A stretch of 64,000 nucleotides of DNA, taken from Sphyrna mokarran. Lineage: Eukaryota. The notes under the pieces are model-generated. The model ran no database searches. It saw only the letters and a program-made list of their open reading frames with translations, and was not told the DNA's origin. A program made the position numbers and the translations under genes. Positions 11,581 through 22,740 of this stretch are shown here, piece after piece (position 1 is the stretch's first letter; the number at the start of each line of letters is the position of its first letter). The stretch is taken from positions 78,616,001 to 78,680,000 of the forward strand of contig JAGIQG010000005.1 in assembly GCA_024679065.1 (NCBI GenBank). Reading direction: 5' to 3'.

Positions 11581-12199
11581 CAAAGCTACACTTTAAAGTA
11601 CACATGTTAGCATCTGAGAGACAGGGAGAGAGTGAGTGAGTGTGATTCCTCTTTATCACTGCCTTTCTACTCTTCTACCTCTTGTTCTTTCATCACAGCC
11701 TTGCCAGGTGATAGCTCTTGGGTTTCTGAAAGGCAAAATGCACAAGGATAGGGTTCAGTGAGGGGAGGGTCAGAGAGCAGGAAATGCATGTTTGCACATC
11801 AGATTTTGTAAATCTGAAAAGATTATAGGACAAATGAAATGTGAGAAGGATGACTCTCATGCAGGAATCGTCTGCAATGGCTTAGCCCAGTGCTGGCCGT
11901 AACCTCAGTCAATGTTGTTATAGTTATGGAGAATACGTGTTCTCCATGGGAGTAAGGACATGCAGCCATACCTGCCTTTCATTGCTCAGATGTTACTGCT
12001 TTCTGATTATGTGCCATTTTAATTGTAAGAAGACAATGCAGTGAGTTGGGTTAAATGGCTGATCCTATGTAAGTTGTAAGATGTGGGCATGAAACTTGCA
12101 AGGGTGCTATGAGAATGGTAAAGGCATGAATATGAGGTCCAACCAAGATTAATATAAGTTATCAGTAGGTGAGTGAGGAGTGCAATGAATTAAGCAGTG

Positions 12200-12615
12200 T
12201 TTTTCCTTCCACAGGATGTAGATATCGCTGGCCAGGCCAACTATCTCCCATCCCTAATTGCCATTGAGAAGGTGATGGTGAACTGCCTTCTTGAATCACT
12301 ACTGTCCATGTAGTCCAGGTACACCCACAGTACTGTTAGGAAGGTAGTGCCAAGATTTTAACTCAGTGACAGTGAAGGAAGTGATATATCTTCAAGTCAG
12401 AAGGGTGTGCATCATGAAGGGAAACTTGCAGGTGGTGATGTTGCTGCTCCTGTCCTTTTATGTGATAGAAATTGCAGGTTTGAAAAGTGTCGTTGAAGTA
12501 GTCAGTGAGATTTTGCAGTGCATCTTCTAGATGGCACACACAGATGCCACTATACATCAATGCTCGAGGGATTGACTATTGAAGATGTGGATGGGATGCC
12601 AATCAAGCAGACTGC
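12200..12615 (-). mobile_element. CR1-like LINE 3' fragment (second family)
   Basis: gcagtgcatcttctagatggcacacac motif shared with the copies at 14.5-15.7 kb and 18.2-19.2 kb. Confidence 0.6.
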
Positions 12616-12684
12616 AGGTGAGGAGGCTAATTGTTCAGATGTTAGGATATGACAATTGAAGATAAATTTTTGGACCTCTAAGAG

Positions 12685-12910
12685 TCCTTGCACTTCAGTA
12701 AAGCTCTTATGGCACCATATCCAGGTCCTTGGGACTACACTGCTTCCATTGACCAGGATAGTTATGTGCCCCCATTGCCTTCTCAGAATTTATCTGGAGA
12801 CCATGCTAACCCCTTGTGAAAAGGTGGCAGCTCTCTACTTGCCTTCTGCATCAAGGCCTTCAGTGCTGAATCTGAGAACCTTGGAACACGGCCTCTGCTT
12901 CATTGCATCA
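12685..12910 (-). mobile_element. Degenerate Harbinger Myb/SANT-like DNA-binding ORF remnant
   Basis: Minus-strand translation gives RVPRFSDSALKALMQ and, after frameshift(s), QWGHITILVNGSSVVPRTWIWCHKSFTEV. This resembles the R.PRFS...L..L / W..I...VN......RT..QC.K.F.D pattern of Harbinger Myb-like (NAIF1-type) proteins. Confidence 0.55.
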
Positions 12911-13252
12911 TTAGTCAGTCTTTTTTCTGATCAAAGTGTCTTTACTTGCCACATCCAAAATCTTGTTCAGCCAAAATGCAACTCCACTTTATATGGCACA
13001 GACAGATTTTAACAGACTTACTTTAAGTAGTGCAAATGTCTCACAAATCTGCCTCTCAAACATAATGCTGAGTGTACAGTTCATTTATGGCAGGCCTCCA
13101 CACTACTATCATTCAACTTAGCAGGCAGCATGAAGCCTGCATTGGTTGGACTTCATATTCATGCTTTTTCCAGATCTCACAGCACCCACGCAAGTTTCAA
13201 TTGCCTGCATTGGAAGGATTCAGCACGGATTTATAACATATCATGAACCTCA

Positions 13253-13784
13253 AGTGGCTACGAATGTCATTCAATGTTTCTTACTAAATCTGAAAAAGAT
13301 GGATGTCTGTTCAGAGCTTAGTTGTCAAAATGTGGCACATCTCATTAAAATTGGCATGAGATGAAGTCTGTTTTCGGGAGGTATTGAATTTTGCCCCCAT
13401 AACATTTTAAAGATTTTCAAATTGGATAGTCTATGAATTCAGATAGGTAACATGCTCTATTGTGAAGAAAACATTTTGTAACTATTATGTGATGAAGTTG
13501 TTTATATAGACAATTTGAATTTCTACATAAAGTATAACTTCAGTTGAGAAACCAGACTGTGTTGAACATGTAGCAATTGGCCTCTTCATTGGCACTTTGG
13601 CAGGATTAGCAAAGCTGCGCAATTTGTTCATTGAAATGCAGCTCATTGAATTGCTGGCTAAGCACAACTGATAAATCTCATGCCAATTTTAATGAGATGT
13701 GCCAGATTTTGACAACTAAGCTCTGAACAGACATCCATCTTTTTCAGATTTAGTAAGAAACATTGAATGACATTTGTAGCCACT
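13253..13784. repeat. Near-perfect inverted repeat: 110-bp arms 13253-13362 and 13675-13784, 312-bp spacer
   Basis: Direct comparison of one arm with the reverse complement of the other shows 2 mismatches in 110 bp. Confidence 0.95.
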
Positions 13785-14006
13785 CAGTCAATGTGTCGAG
13801 CAAACTGCAGGTGTTTCCTTTACAGCTATCCTGAAACCTTGCGCATGATTCACACTTTATCATGTCCTCTAGATAAAGGGCAATGACTTGCACATCGGTC
13901 GGAATTTAATTTCACTGAAGAAGTTGGGGCTGCTTTTCTCAGCACTTCAGTGTTCCTGACAAGCACTATCTCGGTGGTGGGAGGGATGCAAATGACATCA
14001 TTATAC

Positions 14007-14048
14007 CTTGTAGCTGCCATACTGGAGGAGGTATGTGTGCAGTGTAAT
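14007..14048 (-). CDS. Internal coding exon, 42 nt, phase 1-1 ((D)YTAHIPPPVWQLQ)
   Basis: Acceptor atatttttcccctcag and donor AAG|gtataa; open in phase 1. Confidence 0.55.
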
Positions 14049-14509
14049 CTGAGGGGAAAAATATACTGGAATGCATCTAGAAATAAATGTTCAATGTAAA
14101 CAGAGTGGGTGTTAATGTGATTTACATAGGTGGATAGAATAGTTGCTACATGGAATAGCAGCATGTGGTTTTCTAGAGATGTAGTCACTTCCAGATCTGA
14201 CCTGGACCTTCAAAGAAAGATAATGGAGGAGGGAGTGAATTATGAAGTGGCAGGAAGCTGCTGACATGGACTTCAAGACGGATAGATAATTGTAAGGAGA
14301 TTTTGGAGAGTCTTGAGATGGAGACTGGAGAAAGAACATTAGGGCTGGGGAGCTCTTAGCTTTCTTTTAAGGTGTGGAGGCTTAAGGTATACCATGGCAG
14401 ACAGTCAACATCCAAGCAATGATCAGTGCTCCCACTCTTGATGACTAGTGTTGTCCATGGTCCACATAGTATTTTGCTTCCAACTTGTGTTTTCTTTGAA
14501 TGAATCGTT

Positions 14510-15700
14510 TTTTTTTATTCATTTATGGGATGTGGCCATTCCTAGCAAGCCCTGCATTTATTGCATGACCCTAGTTGCCCTTCAAAAGATGGTGGTGAGC
14601 TGCTTTCTTGAATTGCTATACTCTCTGAAGTGTAATGACACCCAGTGTGCTGTTAGGAAGGGAATTGTAGGATTTTTCCCCAGTGAGAGATGTATTTCCA
14701 AGTCAGGATGGTGGTGTTCCCAAGACTCTGCTGCCCTTGTCCATCTAGATAGAAGTGGCCATGGGTTTGGAAGGTGCTGCGTAAAATGAGTTTCTGCAGT
14801 GCATCTCAAAGATGGTACATAATGCTGCTGCTGTTCGTCAGTGGTGAAGAAAATTAATGTTTGTGGAAAGGTAGCAATCAAGTGGCCTACTTCGTTCTGG
14901 GTGTTGATCAAGCTGTACTCATCCAGGCAAGTGGAAAGTATTTTGACAGGCTCCTTTAACCCCCTTGTGCCTTGAAGATGGTTGATAGGTTTTGGAAAAT
15001 CAGGAGGGGCATTACTCACTGCAGGATTCCTAGTCTTTGACTTAGTCTTGTTGCCACAGTATTTAGAAAGCTAGTCCAGTTCAGTTTTTGGTCAATGGTG
15101 ATCCCTAGGAGATGGTTATCGTCTGACACTTGAGGTGCAAGTGTTATTTGCCACTTGTCAACTCAAGCATGGATATTGTCAAGATCTTGCTGCATTTGAA
15201 CATGAACTATTCCAGTATCTGAGGAGTAGTAAATGATACTGAACATTGTGGATGACTGCACATTCTCGCTTCTGACCTTGTCATGGATTGGAGATCATTG
15301 ATGAAGTAGCTGAAGATAGTTGGGACTAGGACTCTACCCTAAGGAATTCCTGCTGTGTTATCCTGGAGCTGAGATGATTGACTCCAATCTCTTTGATTCC
15401 GATTGAGTTCAGTTTTGCTGTATTCCTTGATGCCACATTTGGTGGTACAGGACATACCCAGGGTAATGGTGGTGTCTGGGGCAATATCTGTAAGGTATGA
15501 TTCTGTCAGTAAAACTATGGTATGCTGCTGTTTGATCAGTCTGTGAGACAGCTCTATCAATTCACCAAATTTTAGTGAGGGAGACTTTGCATGGTTGACA
15601 GGAACGGGTTTGCTGTTTTTTGTTCCTGGTGTGTATTTGATGCCAGGTGGTCCATTCGATTTCATTCATTTTTGTTTTCTTTGTATGCTGTTCCTCTGTC
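14510..15700 (-). mobile_element. Decayed CR1-like LINE (endonuclease/RT fragments plus 3' end)
   Basis: Track ORF 15339..15665 contains KFGELIELSHRLIKQQHTIVLLTESYL, similar to the LINE APE endonuclease N-terminus. Confidence 0.65.
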
Positions 15701-15876
15701 TTTAACCCAAATAACTCGGGATGTGCATACATCTGATTGGCTTACTATGCCATTTAAGAGTTAACCACATTTCAAATCCTTGCAGAATTTCTTTCAATGC
15801 TACCTGCAATGGAATACGTTTTTCTTTACTCACCACCCATCCAATAAGAGTTGCTCTCTCACCTTTTCCTTATCAC

Positions 15877-15988
15877 CTTCACTGGTTTCAGACCCATCAT
15901 TGATCATGAAATCTGCAATGGCTATTTCAATGATAACAAGCACTAGTGCCCCATGGGGTAAGAAAATCCACATACATTGCCTCTCCAT
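15877..15988 (-). CDS. Putative first coding exon of an uncharacterised secreted/ER protein, encoding a signal peptide (MERQCMWIFLPHGALVLVIIEIAIA/DFMINDGSETSE)
   Basis: Strong acceptor tatcttttctcttgcag at 16026, so the exon starts at 16025. An in-frame TAA lies immediately before the ATG at 15988. The peptide has a hydrophobic core followed by an A-I-A cleavage-like motif. The phase-1 donor AAG|gtgata at 15877 matches the downstream phase-1 exons. Stronger donors at 15863 (AAG|gtgaga, phase 0) and 15834 (GTG|gtgagt, phase 2) also exist, so the 3' boundary is uncertain. Confidence 0.5.
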
Positions 15989-17749
15989 TTAGGTCTGGCT
16001 ATCTCTTGTTGCGTGCCACTTTATCCTGCAAGAGAAAAGATAAGTGCCATTAAGTGTGGTCCTTCATCAAGCCAACAGTGTACCATCCAAGAACTTGAGA
16101 ACATTTACTCCATTGATGATCCATTATTGAGTTTTTTTTCTAGACTGGAGTGACCTGGACAAGGAATTTCACTGTTTACCCACTCATAGAAACATAGAAA
16201 GAGAAGCAGAAATAGACCATTTGCCGTTTTGAGTCTTCTCCGCCATTCAATATGATCATGGTTGGTGATGCATCATAAAAGTGGCAGGTTGGTTTTAAGT
16301 TGTGGAGGCTAGCTTTAAGTCACACTAACTTCTCACTGTTTTTGACACACTGCTGAGATGTGTAGCCACTCAATAACATGATTAACACTGATGCCATGTT
16401 ACAATCATAGCAAACAGCATGAAGGTGGTGCTGCCTGCATCACCTTGATTGACTATAGGGTAATTACATATTTCAAATTCTGCATCTGTTTTTAGGGGCT
16501 GTCCAATTTGCCACCGTAGTCTTTGACATTAAAGGTAGACTACATACATTTTCATGATCAAAAACATTGCAACACATTCCTGATGATCTGCACCTAACCA
16601 GCTGGTTAGGTACAGGTCATAAAGCATGGAGGGCGTGAACAACAAAGTATACCCTGAGGTCAGGATGTTCAGAAGCCATTTGAGGGTATTTGTTGAAAGG
16701 GTGGAAGCCTTTGAAACATTTATGATTAGCATCGTAGGAATGTACAGCACAGAGGAGGCACTTGGCTCTTCATATCTATGGCTCATTGAAAAATCAGCTG
16801 TACTTAGTCCTGAGCACTGCTCTTTGTCTGTAAACTTACTCAATAAGTGCTCTTTATCTGTAAAGCTGCAAGTTCTGCTTCTTCAAACCCAAAACTCTCT
16901 TTTAAAAATTCTTGGTTGAATCAGCTTCTGCAACTTTTCAGATAGACTATTCTCTGATTTGCATGAAACATTTTTCTTCATTCCTCCCTCTAGATCTGGG
17001 ATTGATTGTGACTCAATGACCTCTTGTTATTGATCCACTCACCAGAGGAAATCATTTTTCGCTATTCCATCTAAACGTCATCTTGAAAGCCTCTATTAGG
17101 TCACCTCCTAACTTTCTCTGTTCTAAGGAGAACTGTCCAACTTTCAAAACTTTCTTATAATTGAAGACCCTCATCTGTGTAGTTTCCTAGTAAACCTTTG
17201 TTCTTAGATCTTTCTAGATCTTAGAATGACCTTCTAGATCATTCCAGAATGTGAAGCCCAGAATATCCTAGCTGATGTGTAATCAGTGATTTATAATCTT
17301 TAAAGCTTTTTTTTTTGCTTTTATATGCGGTTCTCTTTATTTAAACCCAAATAACTCATTTGCTTTTAAAACCATCAAGGATTGATGTTTTTCAGTTTAA
17401 AGTTCAGTTGTGGGTGGATGACAATTTATCCTGGCAGCTATAACAGAACTCCTTAAGTTAAATATATTGGGGACAATAATTGAAATTGCAAAGAAAGATT
17501 TTGTATGATATGATCAATAAACAATGAAAATAGAAAGTAAACAATTAGAAAGGAGGAAACCAGACAATTCATCAGGAGCAGAGCATTTGACAAATTGCAT
17601 ATCTGTCTTAACATTGATGATACAGTTGACATGCATGACAGATAAGATATTTTAATCATAAAGATGTATTATCAGCACTTTTGGATTGTCCATGATGTTC
17701 ACAGCTTCATACATCAATCAATCATGTTGGCAGTCAACTGTGGACATAC

Positions 17750-17832
17750 CGTCTCAAAAGAGATTAATCAGTACATTTTACGTCTTGGCACTGAAGTAAA
17801 TTACTTGCTGAGCAATGGTTAATGGTGATGTT
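17750..17832 (-). other. Probable non-coding (5'UTR) exon of the minus-strand gene, 83 nt
   Basis: Strong acceptor ctccttttttttacatccag and donor ACG|gtatgt; stops in all three frames. Confidence 0.4.
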
Positions 17833-18239
17833 CTGGATGTAAAAAAAAGGAGCAGTTGTTTTGTTCCCTGGCAGCATTGAAAAATGTGTTTTTTTTTGAT
17901 CAGCTGAACTATTTAGTGCATTTAAGGACTAGGCAGAAGACAAGAAGATACTGCCAAACACACAAGTATGGCATTATCAATTTTATTAAATCAATGATGG
18001 ATCATTACCGATGCCAAAAAAACTTAAAACATTTGCAGAATTGCACATATTAATCAATGTAAGTAGCTAACCTCTTGTGCCGAAGTATCACTGTCATGTG
18101 ACAGACAGCATATTGGTTTAGGTTTCCAGCATGACAGGCTAAATATTAGACCATTGTTTTTGCCAATAATAGGTATACCACCTGATTTAGGACTCAAACC
18201 AGAAAGAGGTTTAGCCTGAACATAGCAGACTTTGAGCTG

Positions 18240-19240
18240 ACTCTATTACCACTCCATTAGTCTATTTTGATCATCAGCAAAGTGATGGAAAGTGTTATAG
18301 ACAATGCTATCAAGTAGCACTTACTCTGCAATAAGCTGTTCACTGAAGCTCAGTTTTGGTCCTTCCACAAACACTCATGTCCTGACCTCATTAAAGCCTT
18401 AGTCCAAAAATGGACAAAAGGACTGATGTCCAGAGGTGAGGTGAAAGTGACTGTTCTTGACATCAAGGCAGCATTTAACTGATTATAACAGCAAGGGACC
18501 CTATCAAAACTGAAGTCAATGTGAATTAGGGGAAAATCTCCCACTGGTTGAATTCATCTGAGAACAAAGGAAGATAGTTGTGGTTGTTGGAGGTCAAATA
18601 TCTCAGTTCCAGGACATCACTGTAGGAGCCCTTCAAAGAAATGTTCTCAGCCCAATAATCTTCATCTGTTTCATCAATGACCTTTTTTCAATCATAAGGT
18701 CAGAAGTAGGGATGTTCTCTAATGATTGCACTGCGTCTAGCACCATTCATGAATCCTCAAAAACTCAATTAATCAAGTCAATTTGCAGCAAGGCTTTAAC
18801 GGTTAAGTGATCAGCAACATTTATACTATAATAGTGACAGCTAATGACAATCCCCAACAAGAGAGATTCTAACCATCTTGCTATTCAATGACATCGCCTT
18901 CATTGACTCTTCCTCGGTCAATATTCTGGTGGTCTCACCACTGACTGAACACTATGGCTATAAAAGCCAATCAGAGGCTAGGAAGTCTGTGACACCTAAC
19001 TCACCTTTTGATTCAAGAGGCTCAACACCATTCAGGAGAATCTTGCTTGATTGGCACCCCGTTTACCACTTTCAACATTCACATCTCCACCACCAAGACA
19101 CAATGGCAAAACATTGTGGACCATCTACAAAATGCACTGCAGCAACTCACCAAGGCTCTGTTTGCAGCATCTTCTAAACCTGAAGCCTCCCCTACCCTGA
19201 AGGACAAAGGCAGCAGATGTTTGGGAACATCATTACCTAT
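18240..19240 (+). mobile_element. Decayed CR1-like LINE reverse transcriptase region
   Basis: ORF 18580..18810 reads GALQRNVLSPIIFICFINDL...VGMFSNDC, a degenerate GVPQGSVLGP..F..FINDL...FADD RT motif. Confidence 0.8.
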
Positions 19241-19482
19241 TACCCAGCAGGTTGAAATTTGCACTGATTAATTATTGAAACATTGTTTTGAAATTAATTT
19301 TTGTTGCTGTTTCTCGGTCGCCTTGCAAAAATATTGAAATGCACCACACCCTCAATAATCCACATCTGATCCTTTGCAAAAGAAAAGATGATGCAAATCA
19401 AGAAAAGTTCAAGATTGTACATTGTTTTCTCATTAAGATATCAGTCATCTAATTGATCAGGTATTCTCCCTGTTGTACATAC

Positions 19483-19567
19483 CCTTTGATCTGTTTTCAC
19501 AGAATTGCAGGTTTGGAATTTTCCACTTGCTCCCTTATTTTGGTCTGCCCTAGGCAAAACCTTTAAC
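19483..19567 (-). other. Possible upstream (5'UTR) exon, 85 nt (or 67 nt starting at 19549)
   Basis: Acceptor ccttcagccttcatgtag and donor AGG|gtatgt, in a non-repeat stretch between LINE fragments. Confidence 0.3.
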
Positions 19568-19829
19568 CTACATGAAGGCTGAAGGTAACTTCATCTTATG
19601 ATTAGGTGCTAGCAAATCCAAGTCCTAGCATATTTTGCAATCCTTCTACACCATCCATAGCAGAGCTGAAGTAGGAATACACTCTGAAGGACCTGGAATT
19701 TCAGTCTAGAAGAATTTTAAAAATTATTCACTTTTTACATGATTAATTGATATGAATATTGCTGAAATACCATCATCCCAGTCCAACAGAGTTAATACAA
19801 AGATGCAAAAGCAATAGTTATCAGACTAT

Positions 19830-20680
19830 TCAAGCAACAGCCTGATATAAATATTACTCATAGACCCATACCTTACAGACAATGTTCCAGACACCACCAT
19901 TTCTGGGAATGCTGATGCCAAGTATGGCATCACAGAACTCTAGCAAAACTGAGATCAATGGGAATGAGGGAAACCCTCCATTGGTTGGAGTCAGACTTGA
20001 CACAAAGGAGGACGACTGACAGCTCCAGGACAGCAGTGCAGTAATTCCTCAAGGTTGTGCCCTAGGTCCAACCATCTTCAGCTGCTTCATCAATGATCTT
20101 GCTGTCATCATAAGGTCAGAGGTGGGATAATTGTTGATGACTGCACAATATTCAGTAGCATTTGTGATTCCTCAGATGCTGAAGCACTCCATGTTCAAAT
20201 ACAGTAAGACCAAGACAAGAACTAGGCTTGGGCTGATTAGTGGCAAGTCATTCATGCCACACAAGTGCTAGACAATGACCATATTCAACATAAGAGGATC
20301 CAACCATCACCATGACCTTCAATGGCATCACTGAATCTCTCCCCTCAACCCCCATCCCCAACCCTCCCATCCCATAAACATCCTGAGGACTACCATCAAC
20401 CAGAAGCTAAACTATATGAGCCATTTAAATACTGTGGTTACCAAAGTAGGTCAATGGGTAAGGATGTTATGGAAAATATCTCACCTCCTGACTCCTCAAT
20501 GCCTGTCTACTATCTGCAAGGTACAAGTCAGGAGTGTAACGGCATTTTCTCCACTTCCCAGGGTGAGTGCAGCTCTAACAACACTGAAAAAGCTTGACAA
20601 TGTCCAGGACAAAGCAGCCCACTTGATTGCTACCCCTTCCACAAACATTGACTCTCACCATCACTCAGCCCTTCGAACAT
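19830..20680 (+). mobile_element. Second decayed copy of the same CR1-like RT region
   Basis: ttcctcaaggttgtgccctaggtccaaccatcttcagctgcttcatcaatgatctt (PQGCALGPTIFSCFINDL); ORF 20416..20709 is the LINE C-terminus. Confidence 0.8.
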
Positions 20681-22014
20681 GTGCTGCCATTCATCAAGAT
20701 CATGGCTGATCTAATAGTAATTTCAACCCTCATTCCTGCCAATATCTGATAAACTTTCACACCTTCTCAATCAAAGTAATAGCTTTCATGTGAGCTGCCC
20801 CTACTGTATCAACTTCCTCAAGTCTCTACTGTTGTTATCACATCTCCATGACAAATTATTGAATGCATTATTGTACAACCAATGTGTATGAATATGCTGA
20901 TACAATTATTCATGCAATTTGTGGAAATTGAATTAATATTGTTCCATAGAAATTGATTTCTACAAGTCTTCCATATTTGCAGTCCCAAAGCCTTCAAAGT
21001 TACTTTTATAAACACATTCACTATTCTATCATTTAATGCAGAGTTATTTATACATATGGGTCCCACCAGCTATTCCATGTTATGCTTCAGGTGGCAGCTT
21101 TACATGTAATAATGTGAATTGGTACATGGCGATGGGGCCTATGGGAATTTTCCTCTGTCATATATCATTGCATTTGAACAACCATACACTTTTCCCTCTT
21201 ATTAACCTCCTTTCTGTAAACGTTGCTAATTTTTTATATGTTGGTGCAGTGTTGTTTAAATTCTCATGACATGATTCTTGTCCAATCACATTTGTCCAAT
21301 TGTGATTATGTATGGCTACATTCTTCTACAAGCTTGCTTTGCTTCAAATTAATCAATCAGTCTCTTCTTAAACACCCTGTAGAATTGTTGATATTGAATT
21401 CATGTTATTCAGGAGAGATTGGTAAGTTTGTTACCACCATATCACATATCACGTTATTGTCCTGCATGACAAAAGTCTTCTATTGTATAGATCACAAGCA
21501 TATAAAAAGGAAGGTTGCTAAATGTGCTTTTTTCCGCCTGTTGCTGAGCTATTTTCAAATAAATCTGATAAGCTGCATTGAATTTTTTCTGCAGAACATA
21601 AATTTCTCTTTAGTAAACTGAAAAGACCTTGCAGCTGTTTGGAAAGAATAACAGGACCATTATACCTAGTGCATTCTCAGTAGTTATTTTAATCTCTAAC
21701 AAAATTGCATGCTCCAAAGGTGCACGTTCGCACGTTTTATGAATAGGTAACAAACAATTATGAATAATGTGCATTTAATCTATTTTCAACAAAATGATGC
21801 AATTTTGGTAATCAAAATCTGTGAACTGAAAACAAATACAGAACAGGTCTACATACTGAATTTGGTGCATTTTTGAGTAATTTCCTTGAAATGAACTGAC
21901 AGTAGGAGAAAGACTTTACAAACATGCCATCTGAATGCGGAGTCTTGCTCTTTGGAAAGCAGGAATTTCCACAATACACTCCCATTTGGAAAAATAACAC
22001 AATAGGACAAAGAC

Positions 22015-22740
22015 AGCAAATTTCCATGCATGGAGAAACCCAGGCTGTGATTCTCCCATCACAACCCACAACTTTACCGTGGGTCGCAATGTGAGATGCA
22101 TGTCGCCAACCTTGAATGGGTTTTGCGCATGTGCTGGGAATGCATGCGCATCTCCAGATCTGGCGAACAGTCACTGGTCAGACCATGCTGGAAACCAGTG
22201 AGAAAGCAGGCAACTCATTTGAATTTCTTTTAAATGTATTTTAAATATGTTTAGCAGTTCATTATTGGGAACTCTCAGGTCCCGATTGAATCTTCCACCC
22301 GGACGGGAGTACTTAATTTCGGCGGGGTTTGGAGTAGCTCCCCATGCTCAGGGAACTAGCAGGAGGCCCTGCTGGAATGAAGAAGGGGTAATTGGAGCCC
22401 CCCAGGGCGGGGGGGGGGAGGGGTGGTCGGGTGGTGGGGGAGTGGTGCTGCCTGGGCTTGGGCACCCTGGCACTGCTAGTCTGTGCCTCTTGACACTGCC
22501 CAAGGGACAAAATGCCCATGCCCTAGGGCTACCGTGGCATTGCCCAACAGGAATCTGGCAGTGCCAAGGAGATGGGACCTATTGTGGCTTAGGGGCAATC
22601 AGTGGGAAGGGAGGGTCCCATTACTACTCTGCAGACGGTCTGGGATGGAGCAAGGGTAGCAATTGGGGTGGGGGGGCAGGTGGGGTGAGGAGGTCAGGGC
22701 TGGCCCAGGAATTGTTGTGGGACATGCGATCGGGCTGTGA
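22015..22740. mobile_element. Non-autonomous Harbinger/MITE-like element with G-rich interior
   Basis: Same interior motifs (ttggcactgcc-like, gccaaggg, G-runs) as the elements at 9.1-10.7 and 47.3-48.3 kb. Confidence 0.45.
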
